Assembly: GCF_006345805.1 (NCBI RefSeq)
Contig: NC_042998.1
Span: 91,078,001-91,142,000 of the forward strand
Direction of reading: 5' to 3'
DNA from: Octopus sinensis
Taxonomy: Eukaryota
Length of the DNA: 64,000 bases
Every line of letters starts with the position of its first letter. Positions within the stretch are counted from its first letter, which is position 1. A program made the translations under genes and the position numbers. The notes under the pieces are model-generated. The model had not been told where the DNA came from. It saw nothing but the letters and a program-made list of their open reading frames with translations, and searched no databases. This document shows, in pieces, positions 14,068 through 27,850 of the stretch.

Positions 14068-14247
14068 CGAGGGGGTGCTGAAAAGTTTGTTTGGAGGCCC
14101 AATCTTTGGAGTTATTTTACAAAAACTTTTAGAAAAACTGAAGGACCGGTGCAGTAAGTAAATCTATGTGGGGAATATGTTGAATAAAATCATAATCAAC
14201 TGATCCTCCTGCATTTTCAAACCCAGGAACTTTTCAACATTCCCTCG
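14068..14247 (+). mobile_element. Internally deleted mariner derivative (MITE), 180 bp
   Basis: TIRs CGAGGGGGTGCTGAAAAGTT / reverse complement CGAGGGAATGTTGAAAAGTT; TA on the left, TG on the right; interior keeps a transposase-like C-terminus (GEYVE*). Confidence 0.75.
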
Positions 14248-15327
14248 TGTATATATTTTAAACAGACTTGTTGTCAGGAAGGAATTGCCATACCTTTAAT
14301 GACATAAAAACCGATATATGCCATGTATGACATATGATACAGTTTTAATTAGTCTGAATGTGGGCGGTTGTGAAAATAATGAACTTAAAGATACAAAATG
14401 TATTTTTAAAGATTAAAATACTACAAGGCTATCTTTAAAACACATACGCATATTTTTAAAATTTTGTCTTGTATAGCGCATGGTTAACCATGTGATTAAA
14501 AGAAATCTGGCTATGACCATTAATATTTTTATACATCAAGGACTACATTAACCCATGTGTTTTTTCTTTTATAAGCCGGTAGGATGTGAATCTAGGTAGA
14601 TTTGGCTGTGTTTTCCTAACCGTTTAGGCGACTACGAAAATTTTACCCTTGTTGGATTGTTACACATATAGTCCTAATTATAGATAGACACAATGATATT
14701 TAGACCCGTAAATGGAGCAATCTAAATCGTAGTAATTTAGGATTAATTAGGATAAATTGCAAAAAAAAAAAAACAAATAAAAAACTCCAGCCGATAGTAA
14801 GGATTGATGCAGATTATTCTGACTTATGATAGTTGATGAAATATAAAGCCTGTAAGAGACTTAATGGTTTCCCAATAATCGTATTAACGACTTCAAACTT
14901 CAATATGGCGGCACAGACATATAACATATAAACTTTATTCTCTTATCGTAGTTTCATGATGTCTACGAGATTAGGATCCAGAATACATTTACATGTCCAT
15001 CTGGAATCAACTTCAAATAGCAATTTATTATTTTGAGATTAGGCGTGTATGTATGTATGTATGTATGTATGTATGTATGTATGTATGTATGTATGTATGT
15101 ATGTATGTATGTATGTATGATGTATGTATGTATTTGTGCGTATGCGTGCATGTATGTGTATATACATGTACAGATATATGCATGTATGTATGTACGTTTG
15201 TATGCTTGTGTATATATGTGTATATATATTTCTTATTTATTGTCACGTTCTAATTTATGCTTTATTAATTCATTTTTTTCGGGTTTTTTTCAAGATATAA
15301 AATATTTATATACGATATTGCTAATGA

Positions 15328-16491
<1,164 letters not shown>

Positions 16492-16689
16492 AATGGCTGT
16501 TCAACGTTTAAAATGGCGACAAAGGAGAGAGGACTTATTTTAGTAATAAGAAAAGTCGTCCACTGATATTTTGTGGAGATTTCCGACAGTATGAAACAAT
16601 GTTTCGAGCCAATTATTCTCAAACGTCATTTTTCCCAACCAGGCTCGGAAGAGTGAGACGAAAAAAGATACCAATCTAAATGACAACAA

Positions 16690-16695
16690 AATAAA
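16690..16695 (+). terminator. Candidate alpha-tubulin polyadenylation signal
   Basis: First AATAAA, about 200 nt after the stop, with a T-rich tract downstream. Confidence 0.45.
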
Positions 16696-17734
16696 TTCAA
16701 ACATGGATTTTATTCCTTGAACAATAACAGCGAGAAAGAAAGAAAGAAAGAAAGAATGTTAGTATTTGAGAAAGAGAGAGTGTAAGGGAGAGAGAGAGAG
16801 AGAGCTTGTTAGTATTTGATTTTTTTTAAAAACCTGACTAAAACACCAGAAAATATATTTCTGTGTCGAAGTGTCTTTTATTTATTTCCAATTTGGTTTG
16901 TATAAAATGAAAATGTCGTAGACTTTATAATTAATTAATGATGCACTAAAACAGCGTATATTGCATAATCTGAAATGGTAAGGTTTATCTAATAATAAAC
17001 AAAAAATTTTAGCCATCGCTGTGGTGTTTAACCTAATATACAGGAACAAATGTGAACAAATGCCTTTTTGTTTTATCTTACATCTTTCCGTGAACAGAAC
17101 ATACTGCGAAAAATCTCTATTCAGAGAGAGATAATAAAAAAAAGACATTTATTCATATTTGTATTCGAATGTCTGAATAGACGTCACAGCAATTGTTAAA
17201 ATTTGTAGTTTATCGTAATATATACGTTATAATCTACATTTCGATTATTCTATTCATGAAATTGTTCGCGAAAACGTAAAAATAAAATCAGGTAAGAAAT
17301 CGGGACAAAATTCCAAGAAGTAGACTGCATCTAATATCAGTTTCCAGTCAACAGAATTATATCAACTGTACAAAGCAATTTATTATTTTAAATAGACTTG
17401 TTCAAAACTGATGACCGTATATAAAAAAAAAGTTGAAACTGAATATATTCGTCCATCAAGGTTATTTTCATTATTTTCTAATTAGTTCAATATTTTTCGT
17501 TCTTCTTTTCTATTCAAGGTCCAACATTAATTGATATTCATATTTTTCAAATCTCATGAAATTTTCGTTTAATAGCAAAAGTATTAAATACTTGAGCGCT
17601 TTCTGATTCATGCATGATATGGAAGAGTATTTTTAGTAACTAATTTCAATGATGGCCATCTAAAGGTACTTTTCTAAATATTGGCTGGTACGAGCCGAAT
17701 GCAGTCGGCAAACAAAATTCAATGTAAAAAAAGA

Positions 17735-17766
<32 letters not shown>

Positions 17767-18084
17767 AGAGGCGTATATTCAAATGCCACACACACTGATT
17801 GATCAATATGTTTGTAATTAAGACTGGAAACGGAAATGGTAATAAAAATTAATACAATCAGACTTTTGTTCTGTTGAAGAGTTTAATTGATTATAGCGAC
17901 CCTAGTATTTGATTAGTATCTATTCTATCAGACTTAGGAGGCTGAAAGGAAAGGATGCAGTTGGTTGAATCAAAACTTGTGTATCAATTATATACTTTTG
18001 TCAATGTCAGATGAATTTTTGAACCCCAAAGTATCAAGATATTGAACTAGTGAGTAAAGCATGTAATTTTTTTATTCGAAGGGT

Positions 18085-18234
18085 TTTTTCTTTTAGTGGA
18101 ACAAGTCAAACCCCCAGGATTTTTCTTCAAAGCCTAGTACTTATTCTCTCGGTCTCTTTTGCCGAACCGTTAAGTTACGGGAACGTAGACACACCGGCAT
18201 CGGTTGTCAAGCGATGGTGGGGGGACAAACACAA

Positions 18235-18276
<42 letters not shown>

Positions 18277-18279
18277 TAT

Positions 18280-18328
<49 letters not shown>

Positions 18329-18488
18329 GACGAGCTTCTTCCAGTTTCCGTATACCAAATCCACTCACAAAGCTGCGGTCGGCCTGAGGTTATAGTAGAA
18401 GACACTGGCTCAAGGTGTCACACCATAGAACTGAACTCGGAACCATGTGATTGGGAACCAAGCTTCTTATCACACAGCCACGCCTGTG
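18085..18488 (-). mobile_element. tRNA-derived SINE, family B
   Basis: Unit GGCGCAGG.GTGGCTGTGTG...GGTTCAGTCCCACTG...GGGCAAGTGTCTTC...GAAAGAAGCCCG with a central (CA)/(TA) tract. Other approximate copies: 20697-21055(+), 23405-23785(-), 30545-30915(-), 41865-42190(+), 56045-56415(-), 58590-58985(-). Confidence 0.85.
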
Positions 18489-18982
18489 CCTCAATATTTT
18501 TCTGTCTTGTCAATCTCCACCGTCCGAAAACAAAACAAAAGAAAAATTATTGACATGGAAATAGTCACTGGTCTGTGTCGTCTGCTTCGTACAAAATCTA
18601 AGCAATGTTGAATAAATCATTTTACAGGAAAAATAATTAATTCCACTTTGCGAACTTTATGTAAATGCTGGTTTCTTTTCTCTAGGCCAGTGGCTGGCAA
18701 TATTCTTGATTTCATCACCTGCAGGAAATCATTAAAAACTGCCGGCACATTTCGCAAGGAAAGTTTCGGGGGAAGGTGGTAAGTCGATTACATCAATCCC
18801 AGTACCCCGAAAGGACTCAAAGCGGGGAGACGAACGAAAAGCTGCTAAGCATTTCACTGGGCGTACTAACGATTCTGCTAGCTCGCTGCCTCATTACTGA
18901 AACTAATATTAAAAAGAAGTAAGTTAATCGTATCTGCGCAAACGAAAAACGTATGTGGACTTTAAAACAATGATTATGATGT

Positions 18983-20080
18983 TGTAGAGAAAAATACGAC
19001 CGTACGTAAGGAGTTGGTGACAAATGTCTCCTTTTGAACGCCGCATGGTCGCCCCTAACATAATATTGAAGCCAAATACATGATATAAATACAGTGCCAA
19101 AAGATATAATGAAGGACGACAAGCCGCTCCACTGTTTGAGAGAGAAGAAGACTTTATTTACACAGTGTACAAAGTGAAAGTGTTGTGAGTGCTAGCGAAG
19201 TGTTGTGTATGAATGGGTGCGCATAGTATTTGTGTCTGTGTGTTCGTGTGTGCGACAGAAGGTACAGACAAAGGTGTATGCATCTACAACAGAAATTCAG
19301 AGCATAAGATAAGTCTCAGCCTATTGAATTAAGATAGAGTTAGTTTACCAGTTCATAAGGTACACAATAGCAAGAGTTCTATAACAAGATGTTAGCGGTC
19401 AGATTGGCAGAGGCCGATTACTACACGTGTAGAAGTTGTGACCTCAATGACGTGCACGAGTCTCTTGATACAGATATTCTTTCAGGTTAAATGATGATGA
19501 TGATGATGATGTAGACTGACTGTTCCTTCTCGGTGAAAAGATTCGCACAAACAGCGTGGAGTCAAACCGGGTCGTGGTTGATGTGTACATGTTGTTGAAG
19601 TCGACGGAGATGGAGACGACATAGAGTTGAAGGACGACGATGGTGATGACAGCGGCGGAGATGGAAAACGTCCTGTTGCGGGTGTACATTAGTGTCGTCG
19701 TGACTGAAGCAGGAGCATGGCTGGCAGGTTGGTCATCTGTCGCTGGAAGTGGAACATGGCTAAGTAGCTCTGTGGTCAGTGACTAGACCTTAAAAGGTCT
19801 GAAGTCGAAAGACGTAGAATAGTGAAAGCAGGCTTATTTAAAGGGTTAAAATGGCTCAAAAGGGAGCATCTGAAACACAGTGTCACGAGACCTTATCTAA
19901 AGGCCGTGATTGGTTGGCTTACACACTGGCGCGAAATAAGTCGAGAGACAAACCGCACTAGATGCCAAACAATCAGATCAATGGACACAACAGGGTCAAA
20001 CCAGCCAAAGATGGTTATAATCTCAAACGAGATCATTCTTATTGTGTCTCTCAAACAGTGAGGATATCAGATACGCTACA
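18983..20080 (-). mobile_element. Solo LTR (gypsy-type), 1098 bp, related to 3823-4802
   Basis: TGTAG...CTACA ends; 4-bp TSD ATGT at 18979-18982 and 20081-20084; shares TGTAGCGT start, the GTGGTCAGTG.CTAGACCTTAAAAGG block and AATAAA-TCTTCT with the first LTR. Confidence 0.88.
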
Positions 20081-20159
20081 ATGTTAATATATTAACTAGA
20101 GTGTTACCATCATGTAATGAGTAATGTTACGAGTATGTATTTTGATACTTAATGTAATA

Positions 20160-20584
20160 CAGGTCGTCGTCGACTTACGACCACAATTGGTTCTGACTGA
20201 CAGGTATAAGTCGACCTACAGGCCCACATAGCTTTGTTTTATATTTTTACTTTCTAAAGGTACATTCTCAGGTAAAAGTCACACGCAGCATTCTGTATTA
20301 TACTATTATAATGGCGTTAGTCAAAAATTTAGGAGTCTCAAGCAGTCGTCTTATAAACAAATACGAGGTTGCCTCGATGTCTTCGCGACAAGATAGTCAT
20401 CCAACACTGTCGCAATCAATAACCAAACCTAGGGGAAGCGTTTGTTAGCTGACATCATTCGTAGACAGGTTAATTTCTAAGAAATTAAACCCATTAGATC
20501 TCAGCTGGACTATCTATTATTGCTACCGGGAGCTGGCGCGCCAAACGTCGTAAAGGCGATCGGTCGTAAGTTGACGACGACCTG
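20160..20584. mobile_element. Tigger/pogo-type MITE, 425 bp
   Basis: 23-bp TIRs CAGGTCGTCGTCGACTTACGACC (1 mismatch), TA on both sides. Confidence 0.85.
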
Positions 20585-21323
20585 TATAATTAAGTAATGT
20601 TACAGAAGTACAATAATTATGATTTTACCTTTTCCAAATTCTATAGCAAATAAAAACTAATTTTCAAATTAATTAAAAATATTAATTAAATTACAGTGAT
20701 GGATATGTGGTAAGAAGCTTGTTTCCCAACCACGTAGTTTCAAGTTCAGTGTCACTGCATAGAACTTTGGGCAAATGTCTTCTATAGCCTGTAGCTGATC
20801 AAAGCCTTGTAAGTGCATTTGGTTGACAGAAACTGAAAGAAGCCCGGCCCATGTGTTTGTGTTTGTCCCCATCACTGCTTGACGACCAGTGTTGGTGTGT
20901 TTACGTCACCGTAACTTAGCGATTCGGCAAAAGTAACCAATAGAATAAGTACTAGGTTTGAAAAGAAAAAGTACTGGGATCGATTTGTTCGACTAGAACC
21001 CTTCGAAGCGGTACCCCGGCATGACTGCAGTCAAATGACCGAAACGAGTAAAAGATAAATTAAAATAAGATTGAAATAAATTTCGCATTTGTGTATTTGC
21101 AATATATACATATTACCAACTACAATAATACGATTTAATGGTCAATTGATTGCAGACGTAATATCACTTGATGCTACCAATATTGACAAAAGTATGTTTC
21201 CTGATATTAGCAGCTATATTCAGCTAACACCCTAAATACAAACTAAGCAAGGGAAATAAATCCATTCAAACTAAGTTGATAGAAACTCTTCACATACACT
21301 AAGGCAAGATACACATACACACA

Positions 21324-21819
21324 GGTGCTACTTTGGTATGTGATCTACAATTTAAAGGGAGATTACTTTAGGTTACTTTTCAATTTCTAAAAATCCGTAA
21401 GAGGTTGGCTAAAAATTTTTTCAATGTGATCAACGACGAGAAGAAGGTAGTTGCATTTTTACAAAGAAATGGCCTTTTAGATGATGAAGAAAATGTGGTG
21501 GAGAAATGAAGGAAGCTCAAAGAAAAGGGAAAAACGGGGAAATTTTGCCAACATTACGTTGCAAAACTTGAGGCTAGCAAACTTGTGTGATCTAAGCGAT
21601 TATTTTAATTATCATATCGTTTATTCTTGGTTTCTTCTTATTATTTATTAAGACATAAATGAAACATGGTTTCATTATTATCAAAATAGTAAGAATTTTC
21701 AAAAAATACTTCTACAATGCTAAGTATGTATAAAAGAATTTATAAAAAAATTTAGAATTTGAAAATTAAACCTAAAGTAATCTCCCTTTAAATTGTAGAT
21801 CACACGCCAAATTAGCACC
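21324..21819 (+). mobile_element. Internally deleted TIR element, possibly Merlin/IS1595-like
   Basis: TIRs of at least 51 bp starting GG (3 mismatches). Interior encodes VINDEKKVVAFLQRNGLLDDEE then, after a frameshift, CGGEMKEAQRKGKNGEILPTLRCK, resembling the Zn-ribbon N-terminus of ISXO2/Merlin transposases. TSD not verifiable in CA/TA repeat flanks. Confidence 0.55.
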
Positions 21820-21824
21820 CATAT

Positions 21825-23353
21825 ATATTACATTAAAAGTCATTTTGAATCTTTGCATGCAATGTTACTCAGCCAAACTGGTGCAGAATGGGAAAATACT
21901 AAGAATTAAGTTTACCCTGAAATGTTAATACGAACGAAGTGAAACAACTTTCGCGTAAATCGGAGCAGTAGTTATTGAGATATTCGGGGTTTGGTGGTAT
22001 AAATACCCAAAACGGTGTATCATGGGAACATGTTCCGAATATAACTTTATTCTGAAAGAGAAGTAACTCTAACCTTTCGATTAGACAGTGATTTGACAAC
22101 GAAAAAATACAATGTTTTTTTTTTTTTACAGTAAATGTTTCTATTTTCGCTTTGTTAAACACAATATTTTAATCATTTAGAAATTTTTTTAATTGAATGT
22201 CATTTCAAAAATGTAAGTTATGTGTATAGCAATTATTTATATTTTAGCTTTCTTTAAACAAACAATATTTTAATGTTTTTTAAATCATTTTCAAGTGAAT
22301 AACATTACAAAAATTTTTTTGGCATATCTAAAAAATATTTGAAAGTGAAAATGACTTTAAAAATACGGTAAATATTTCGTAAAAACCCGTTTGTAACCTC
22401 GGTGTGAAATAGCTTTTTTTCCATGGGTTTTTTCAAGTACATTCAACGTATCTCACCGCCAAAGATTTGGCTGCTATTTCTAGCACGTCCTGCTACCACA
22501 TAACAGCTATTTGCGATAAAGGATCTAAAATACCTGTTACGTGGTAGCAGGGCGTGCAAGAAATAGCAGCCAAATCTTTCCTTTTCTGGGGGAAAGGAGC
22601 TGTTGATGCGTGATTTCGAAGTCACATTCGTTGAAAGCATGCGAAATAACCTGGAAACCCCCCCCCCCACAAAACAGAACTCCATTGCTGGGAAACTCAG
22701 AGTTTCCTGGTGACTCAACAGGTTACAGGTAGTCTTGTATTACATTAAAAATGAACTTCAATCTTGCTTGCAATTGTTACACAGCCAAACCAGAGCATAA
22801 TGGGAAAATACTTCGAAAGTAAACTGTCCTTGAAATGTGAATACAAATGGAATAAAACAAGTTTTGCGTAAATCGGACCAGTGGTTATTGAGATATTCGG
22901 GGTTTTGAAAATGCATAATGGGAAAATACTCAGAAAATAACTTAACCCTGCAAGGGAAGAAACTCCGGCCTTTCCATTAGACACATTATGATGGGCAAAA
23001 TATTTTAAAGTGAAAATGACTTTAAAAATACGGTAAATATTTCGTAAAAGACCCATTCGTAACCTTGGTGTGAAACAGTTTTTTCCATAGGCTTCTTTCG
23101 AGTGCATTCAACATAACTCATCTCCAAAGGTTTGGCTGTTATTTCTAGCACACTCTGCTATCACGTAACAACTAATTGCAATAAAGGACCCAAAATACCT
23201 GTTACATGACATGCAAGAAATAGCAGCCAAATCTTTCCTTTTCTGGGGAAAGGAGTCATATACGTGCGATTCCAATGTCATATTCGTTGAAAGCATGCAA
23301 AATAACCTGGAAAAGAAAATAAATAAACACAAAACAAAACTCAGACTTTCCTG
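21825..23353. repeat. Two diverged tandem copies of an unclassified non-coding element
   Basis: 21825-22710 and 22737-23353 are colinear (TATTACATTAAAA...GAGATATTCGGGGTTT...GAAAATGACTTTAAAAATACGGTAAATATTTCG...AAACTCAGA.TTTCCTG); copy 2 is shorter. Confidence 0.75.
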
Positions 23354-24774
23354 ATACCTTGAATAATTGGTGACTCAATGGGACATGGGTAGCCTAGTAT
23401 ATATATATTCTTTTACTTGTTTCAGTCATTTGACTGTTCCCATGCGGGAGCACTGCCTTCAGTCGAACAAATCAATCCCAGGGCTTAGTCTTTGTAAGTC
23501 TAGTACTTATTCTATCATCTCTTTTGCTGAACTGCTAAGTTATGGGGAGTAAACACACCAACATTGGTTGTTAAGTGATGGTGGGTAACAAACACAGACA
23601 CACTAATACATACAAATACACACATATATATACAAATATACGAAGGGTTTCTTTCAGTTTCCTGCTATCAAATCCACTCACAATTCAATAGTAGATGACA
23701 CTTGCCCAAGGTGCCACACAGTGGGACTGAACCCGGTACCATGTGGCTGGGAAGCAAGCTTCTTACCACACAGCCACTCCTGCATAAACAAATCCCTTGA
23801 AATTAACTAATTAATTTGGATTTTTGGATCATGTTAAGAAACACCCTAAAATACATCATCATAATTATTTTAACGTCCACTTTTCCACACTTGCATGGAT
23901 CAGATGGAATTTGTTGAGGTACATTTTCTTTGGTAAATATCTTTCCAGTCACCAAACCCTTGAGTGTTTCCAAGCAAGGTAATATTTCTTCACTATGAAT
24001 AAATAATACTGTTTGTATGATGGTGATGCTCATTTACAACTATTATATGATGTCAAAACAAAGAGGCATGCACACAGTAAGCTTCTTTCACTTTCTATCT
24101 ATCAAGTCCATTCGTAAGGCTTCAGTTGGTCCAGGGCTATTGCAGTGAAGTGGATGTTTTTACTCACTAGTTCCATATCTTGATATTTTGGGGTTCAAAA
24201 ATCCATCAACATCAAATTTGCTTCCATGTCTCTGACATTGACAAAAGTATATAATTGATACACAAGTTTTGATTTACCCAACTGCATTCTTTCCTTTCAA
24301 CCTCCCAAGACTGATCGAATAAGTACTGTCAAATATAGTCAATTAAATTCTTGAACGTGATGTTATGCAGTGGGATTGAACCTGAAACCATGTGGCTGGG
24401 AAGTGAGCTTCTTAACAACACAGTTATGCCTGTGTTTATACAAACACTGAAAATTAGTGTTGTAACAATGATGATTAATATCTGTCAAACTTAGGCATGA
24501 GAGAATGTGGAATCACTTCACAGTTGAACTGCGAACAAGACAAATTTAATCAGTAACATTACTCTCTCACTTAGGAAAGACATCTAACAGTAGAAAATCT
24601 GTCACAACTAATTCTGTCCAACTCATGTGAAAAGTGGATGTCAACAATGATGATGATGATGAATAAATTTTTATTTCAGAAAGTATGGGAAACAACTCTT
24701 AAGTTTTATTATGACCTCATTAGCAAAGAACAAGGTTCTCTGTAATTAAGTAATAATGAGAGAATCATTGAGTA

Positions 24775-26049
24775 CGAGGGGCGTTCAATAAGTAATGCCT
24801 CTGACCCACTTCCCATAGCAGTAGAGCAACGAAACTTGGCACAGTTATTAGTCTTTTTCTACATAGGAACCATCCAGAGTTACGCATTTCTCCCATCGTT
24901 TGATGCGGCTCTGGAGACCGTTTATGTAGAAGAACCCAGCTTGGTCCTCCAACCTCAACGTGACTTCAGAAATCAAGGCTGCATCATCTGGGAAACGCTT
25001 TCCTTTCAAAAACAACTTCATGATTGGGAAGAGGTGAAAATCAGAGGGTGCAAGATCAGGAAAGATGGGGAGGAGTTCATAGCCATACGCCTGTGCTTCT
25101 GATCTGGCGACAAGCGAGTTGTGGACCGGAGCGTTGTCCTGCAAGAGGAGGATGCCTTTGCTGATCTTGCCCTGCCTCTTGATTTTGATAACTTCTCTTA
25201 ATTTCCTCAAAAGTGAAGCATAATAGGCTCCTGCAATTGTGGTACCCTTTGCCAGGAAATCTGTCATCACTACTCCGTCCTGGTCCCAGAAGACTGTGAG
25301 CATGACCTTGCCAGCGGAGGGCTGCATCCTTGCCTTCTTTGGAGGGGGTGAGTCACGGTGCTTCCACTGCATTGACTGGGCTTTGGTCTCTGGATCATCG
25401 TGATGGACCCAGGTTTCATCCTGTGTAATCAGTCTTTTGAAAAATTTTGACTCATCTTCTTGGCAAATTCACCCTCGAGCACTCGACGCGTTCTTGCTTC
25501 TGGAAAAGCGTGAGCAACCTGGGAATCCATCTGGCAGACACCTTTTGCATATGCAAATGGTCATGAATGATAGTTTCCACAGACCCGGTACTAATCTTGA
25601 CCTCATGGGCTATTTGGCGAATAATTATGCGTCGATCTTCAAAAATGGCAGCCTCAACTTGACGGACAGATGCCTCATCAATGGCAGAAGGGGGCGACCA
25701 GATCTGGGAGCTGTTTCCACAGAGTTCCGACCATGTTTGAATTCACGATGCCAGCGTTTTACAAGGTCATATGATGGGGCATCATCACCATAAGTTACTT
25801 TCATTTCATCAAAAGTCTCCCGTGGTGTGCGTCCTTTCAAATACAAAAAGTGGATTACTGCTCGACACTCAACAGGCTCCATTTCACACTTGACTCGGTT
25901 CAAACACCTGTAAATCAGAAACCACAATTAATTCAGAGCTGTAATTTGCCACTTACTCTATAGAGATATAAATGATTGCACATGCAAAATTTCAGCTAGA
26001 TCAAACAACTGCAAGTGGGTCAGAGGTATTACTTATTGAACGTCCCTCG
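24775..26049 (-). mobile_element. Near full-length mariner transposon (DD34D), 1275 bp, defective
   Basis: 37-bp TIRs (2 mismatches), TA on both sides; TIR start CGAGGG resembles the irritans/Hsmar2 type. Confidence 0.95.
24848..25882 (-). pseudogene. Mariner transposase, frameshifted
   Basis: MEPVECRAVIHFLYLKG...RSGRP / ARWIPRLL / TQDETWVH / LQDNAPVH / PDLAPSDFHLF; at least two frameshifts, and the HPPYSPDL motif is shortened to PIFPDL. Confidence 0.9.
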
Positions 26050-26451
26050 TAAATATATAAAGAATGTTTATTGGTTGACGAACAGTAAAATCACTTTGGG
26101 AATAAAGTTGCTGTTAATATATTTTATGCAAGGAATACTACAAGGTTAACTAGAAATAATTATGTTGTAAGGGAGTAAAAATAAATATAGATAACTACTT
26201 CAGCTAGTATTAAGTTGTCCATGTTTTGCTGACAAAGCCAAAATGAGACTGAAATATGTCCAGAATTGCCTCGCATACTCAATGAAATATTTAAAGCTAC
26301 ATTAGGTATTGACTAATATTGTTCTTTTGTTTTCTTCAACACATAGTTGTTTCACATGAACTTTTTTATTGACCCCTGTATTAAATGTTAGCACTAAACA
26401 GAACAATAGAAGTTTTGCACTATTAACTCTTGATATTTAAGAAAATAATTA

Positions 26452-26964
26452 CCGTAAATCTTCGAATATAGTCTGTCCTTGAGTATAATACACAGGGGAT
26501 TTTTAGGGGGCTGTACTTCTGAAAAACCTAAACCTTGTGTATAATACGCACCCCTTCTCTAACTTGAACCATGCATAATTAAGCCAGCAGCACCTAGTTG
26601 AACAAACACTTCCGTGCATGCGTAATACAATAATGGTGATGTTCTTAACTGTTATATGGGAATGTAAATATGTTTGCAAATTGTTTTTGCTACATGTTAT
26701 TCTGTGTTCTGAATACTTTTTTTCTAATAAATGTTGTTTACTGCAAGTTATGGATGATTCTTTTATGACTTCATTGCTTTCAGGCTTAGCTTAAGGTATT
26801 TTCGCGCCCGACATCACAAAATGCATCTGAATAAACATTGCCGAATAGACTCGGACATTGCTTAGAAAATATTTTTCATTTTTAACCTTGTATATAGTAC
26901 GCACTAAGGATTTTGACCTTTAAATTTTGGGAAAAAAGTGCAGATTATACTCGAGGATTTACGG
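26452..26964. mobile_element. TA-flanked MITE (Tc1/mariner superfamily), 513 bp
   Basis: 24-bp TIRs CCGTAAATCTTCGAATATAGTCTG (3 mismatches), TA on both sides, repeated subterminal GTATAATAC motifs. Confidence 0.8.
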
Positions 26965-27844
26965 TACTATTAACAGACAAGATAACTTGTTAGAGTCACA
27001 GTGTTGGCTGACTTGGTAAAGGATCCACAATTAGTATGAAACTGGTGGTGTGTTGTGTTCATAGCAAGATTCTTAACCCTCAAATGGTCCAGTTCACCTA
27101 CCTTCAATAGGCAACATGGAGCGTGCAACATACCAGTGTAAGCAGAAATACTATATCATTGAAAGACCTGTTTAACTTATAGTAATACATTCAAATCTTT
27201 CCATGAGAGTGTTTAAAAAAGAGCTGGGTTCTGAAACACTGACACATAGAAATATATTATGTGCAAAGGTCGTGTGGTTGAGTAGTTTGTTTCCAATCCA
27301 CATGATTTCAGGTTCAGGCCCACCGCATGACACCTAGGACAATTATCTTCTACTATAGACTCAGGCTATATATGTACGTGTGTGATTACGTATTTGTTCA
27401 TGTCTCCTTGACCTGATATCATGTGATAGTTGTAAACAAGTGTCACTGTCATACAAGCAGTGTTATTCCTTTGCAATAGACTGTAAAACATATCTAGCCA
27501 TGGGAATATTACTATATTTGCAAACAAGTGAGGGTTGGCATCAAGAAGGGTATCTGGCCATAGAAAATATACTATGCAAGCATGGAAAAGAGGACATTAA
27601 AATGATCATGATAATGTTGATGATATCTTACCTTGGTATCTCTACAACTGAAGTGATTACACAACTTACACAAAGAGAGATATTCTATTCAAAATGATAT
27701 GAAATAATATAAAAGATTGACCTTTTGCTGTAAATGACTTTGTTTACATGAAGCCTATTTAAAACACACTCACACACAAAAACATGGTAAATATAAATTA
27801 TTTTTAGAATAAAAAGAAAAAATAAACTCGAAAATTATGAATAT

Positions 27845-27850
27845 TTTATT
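27845..27850 (-). terminator. Candidate FBXW4 polyadenylation signal
   Basis: AATAAA on - strand followed by a long T-rich tract; would give a 3' UTR of about 1.5 kb. Confidence 0.35.
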
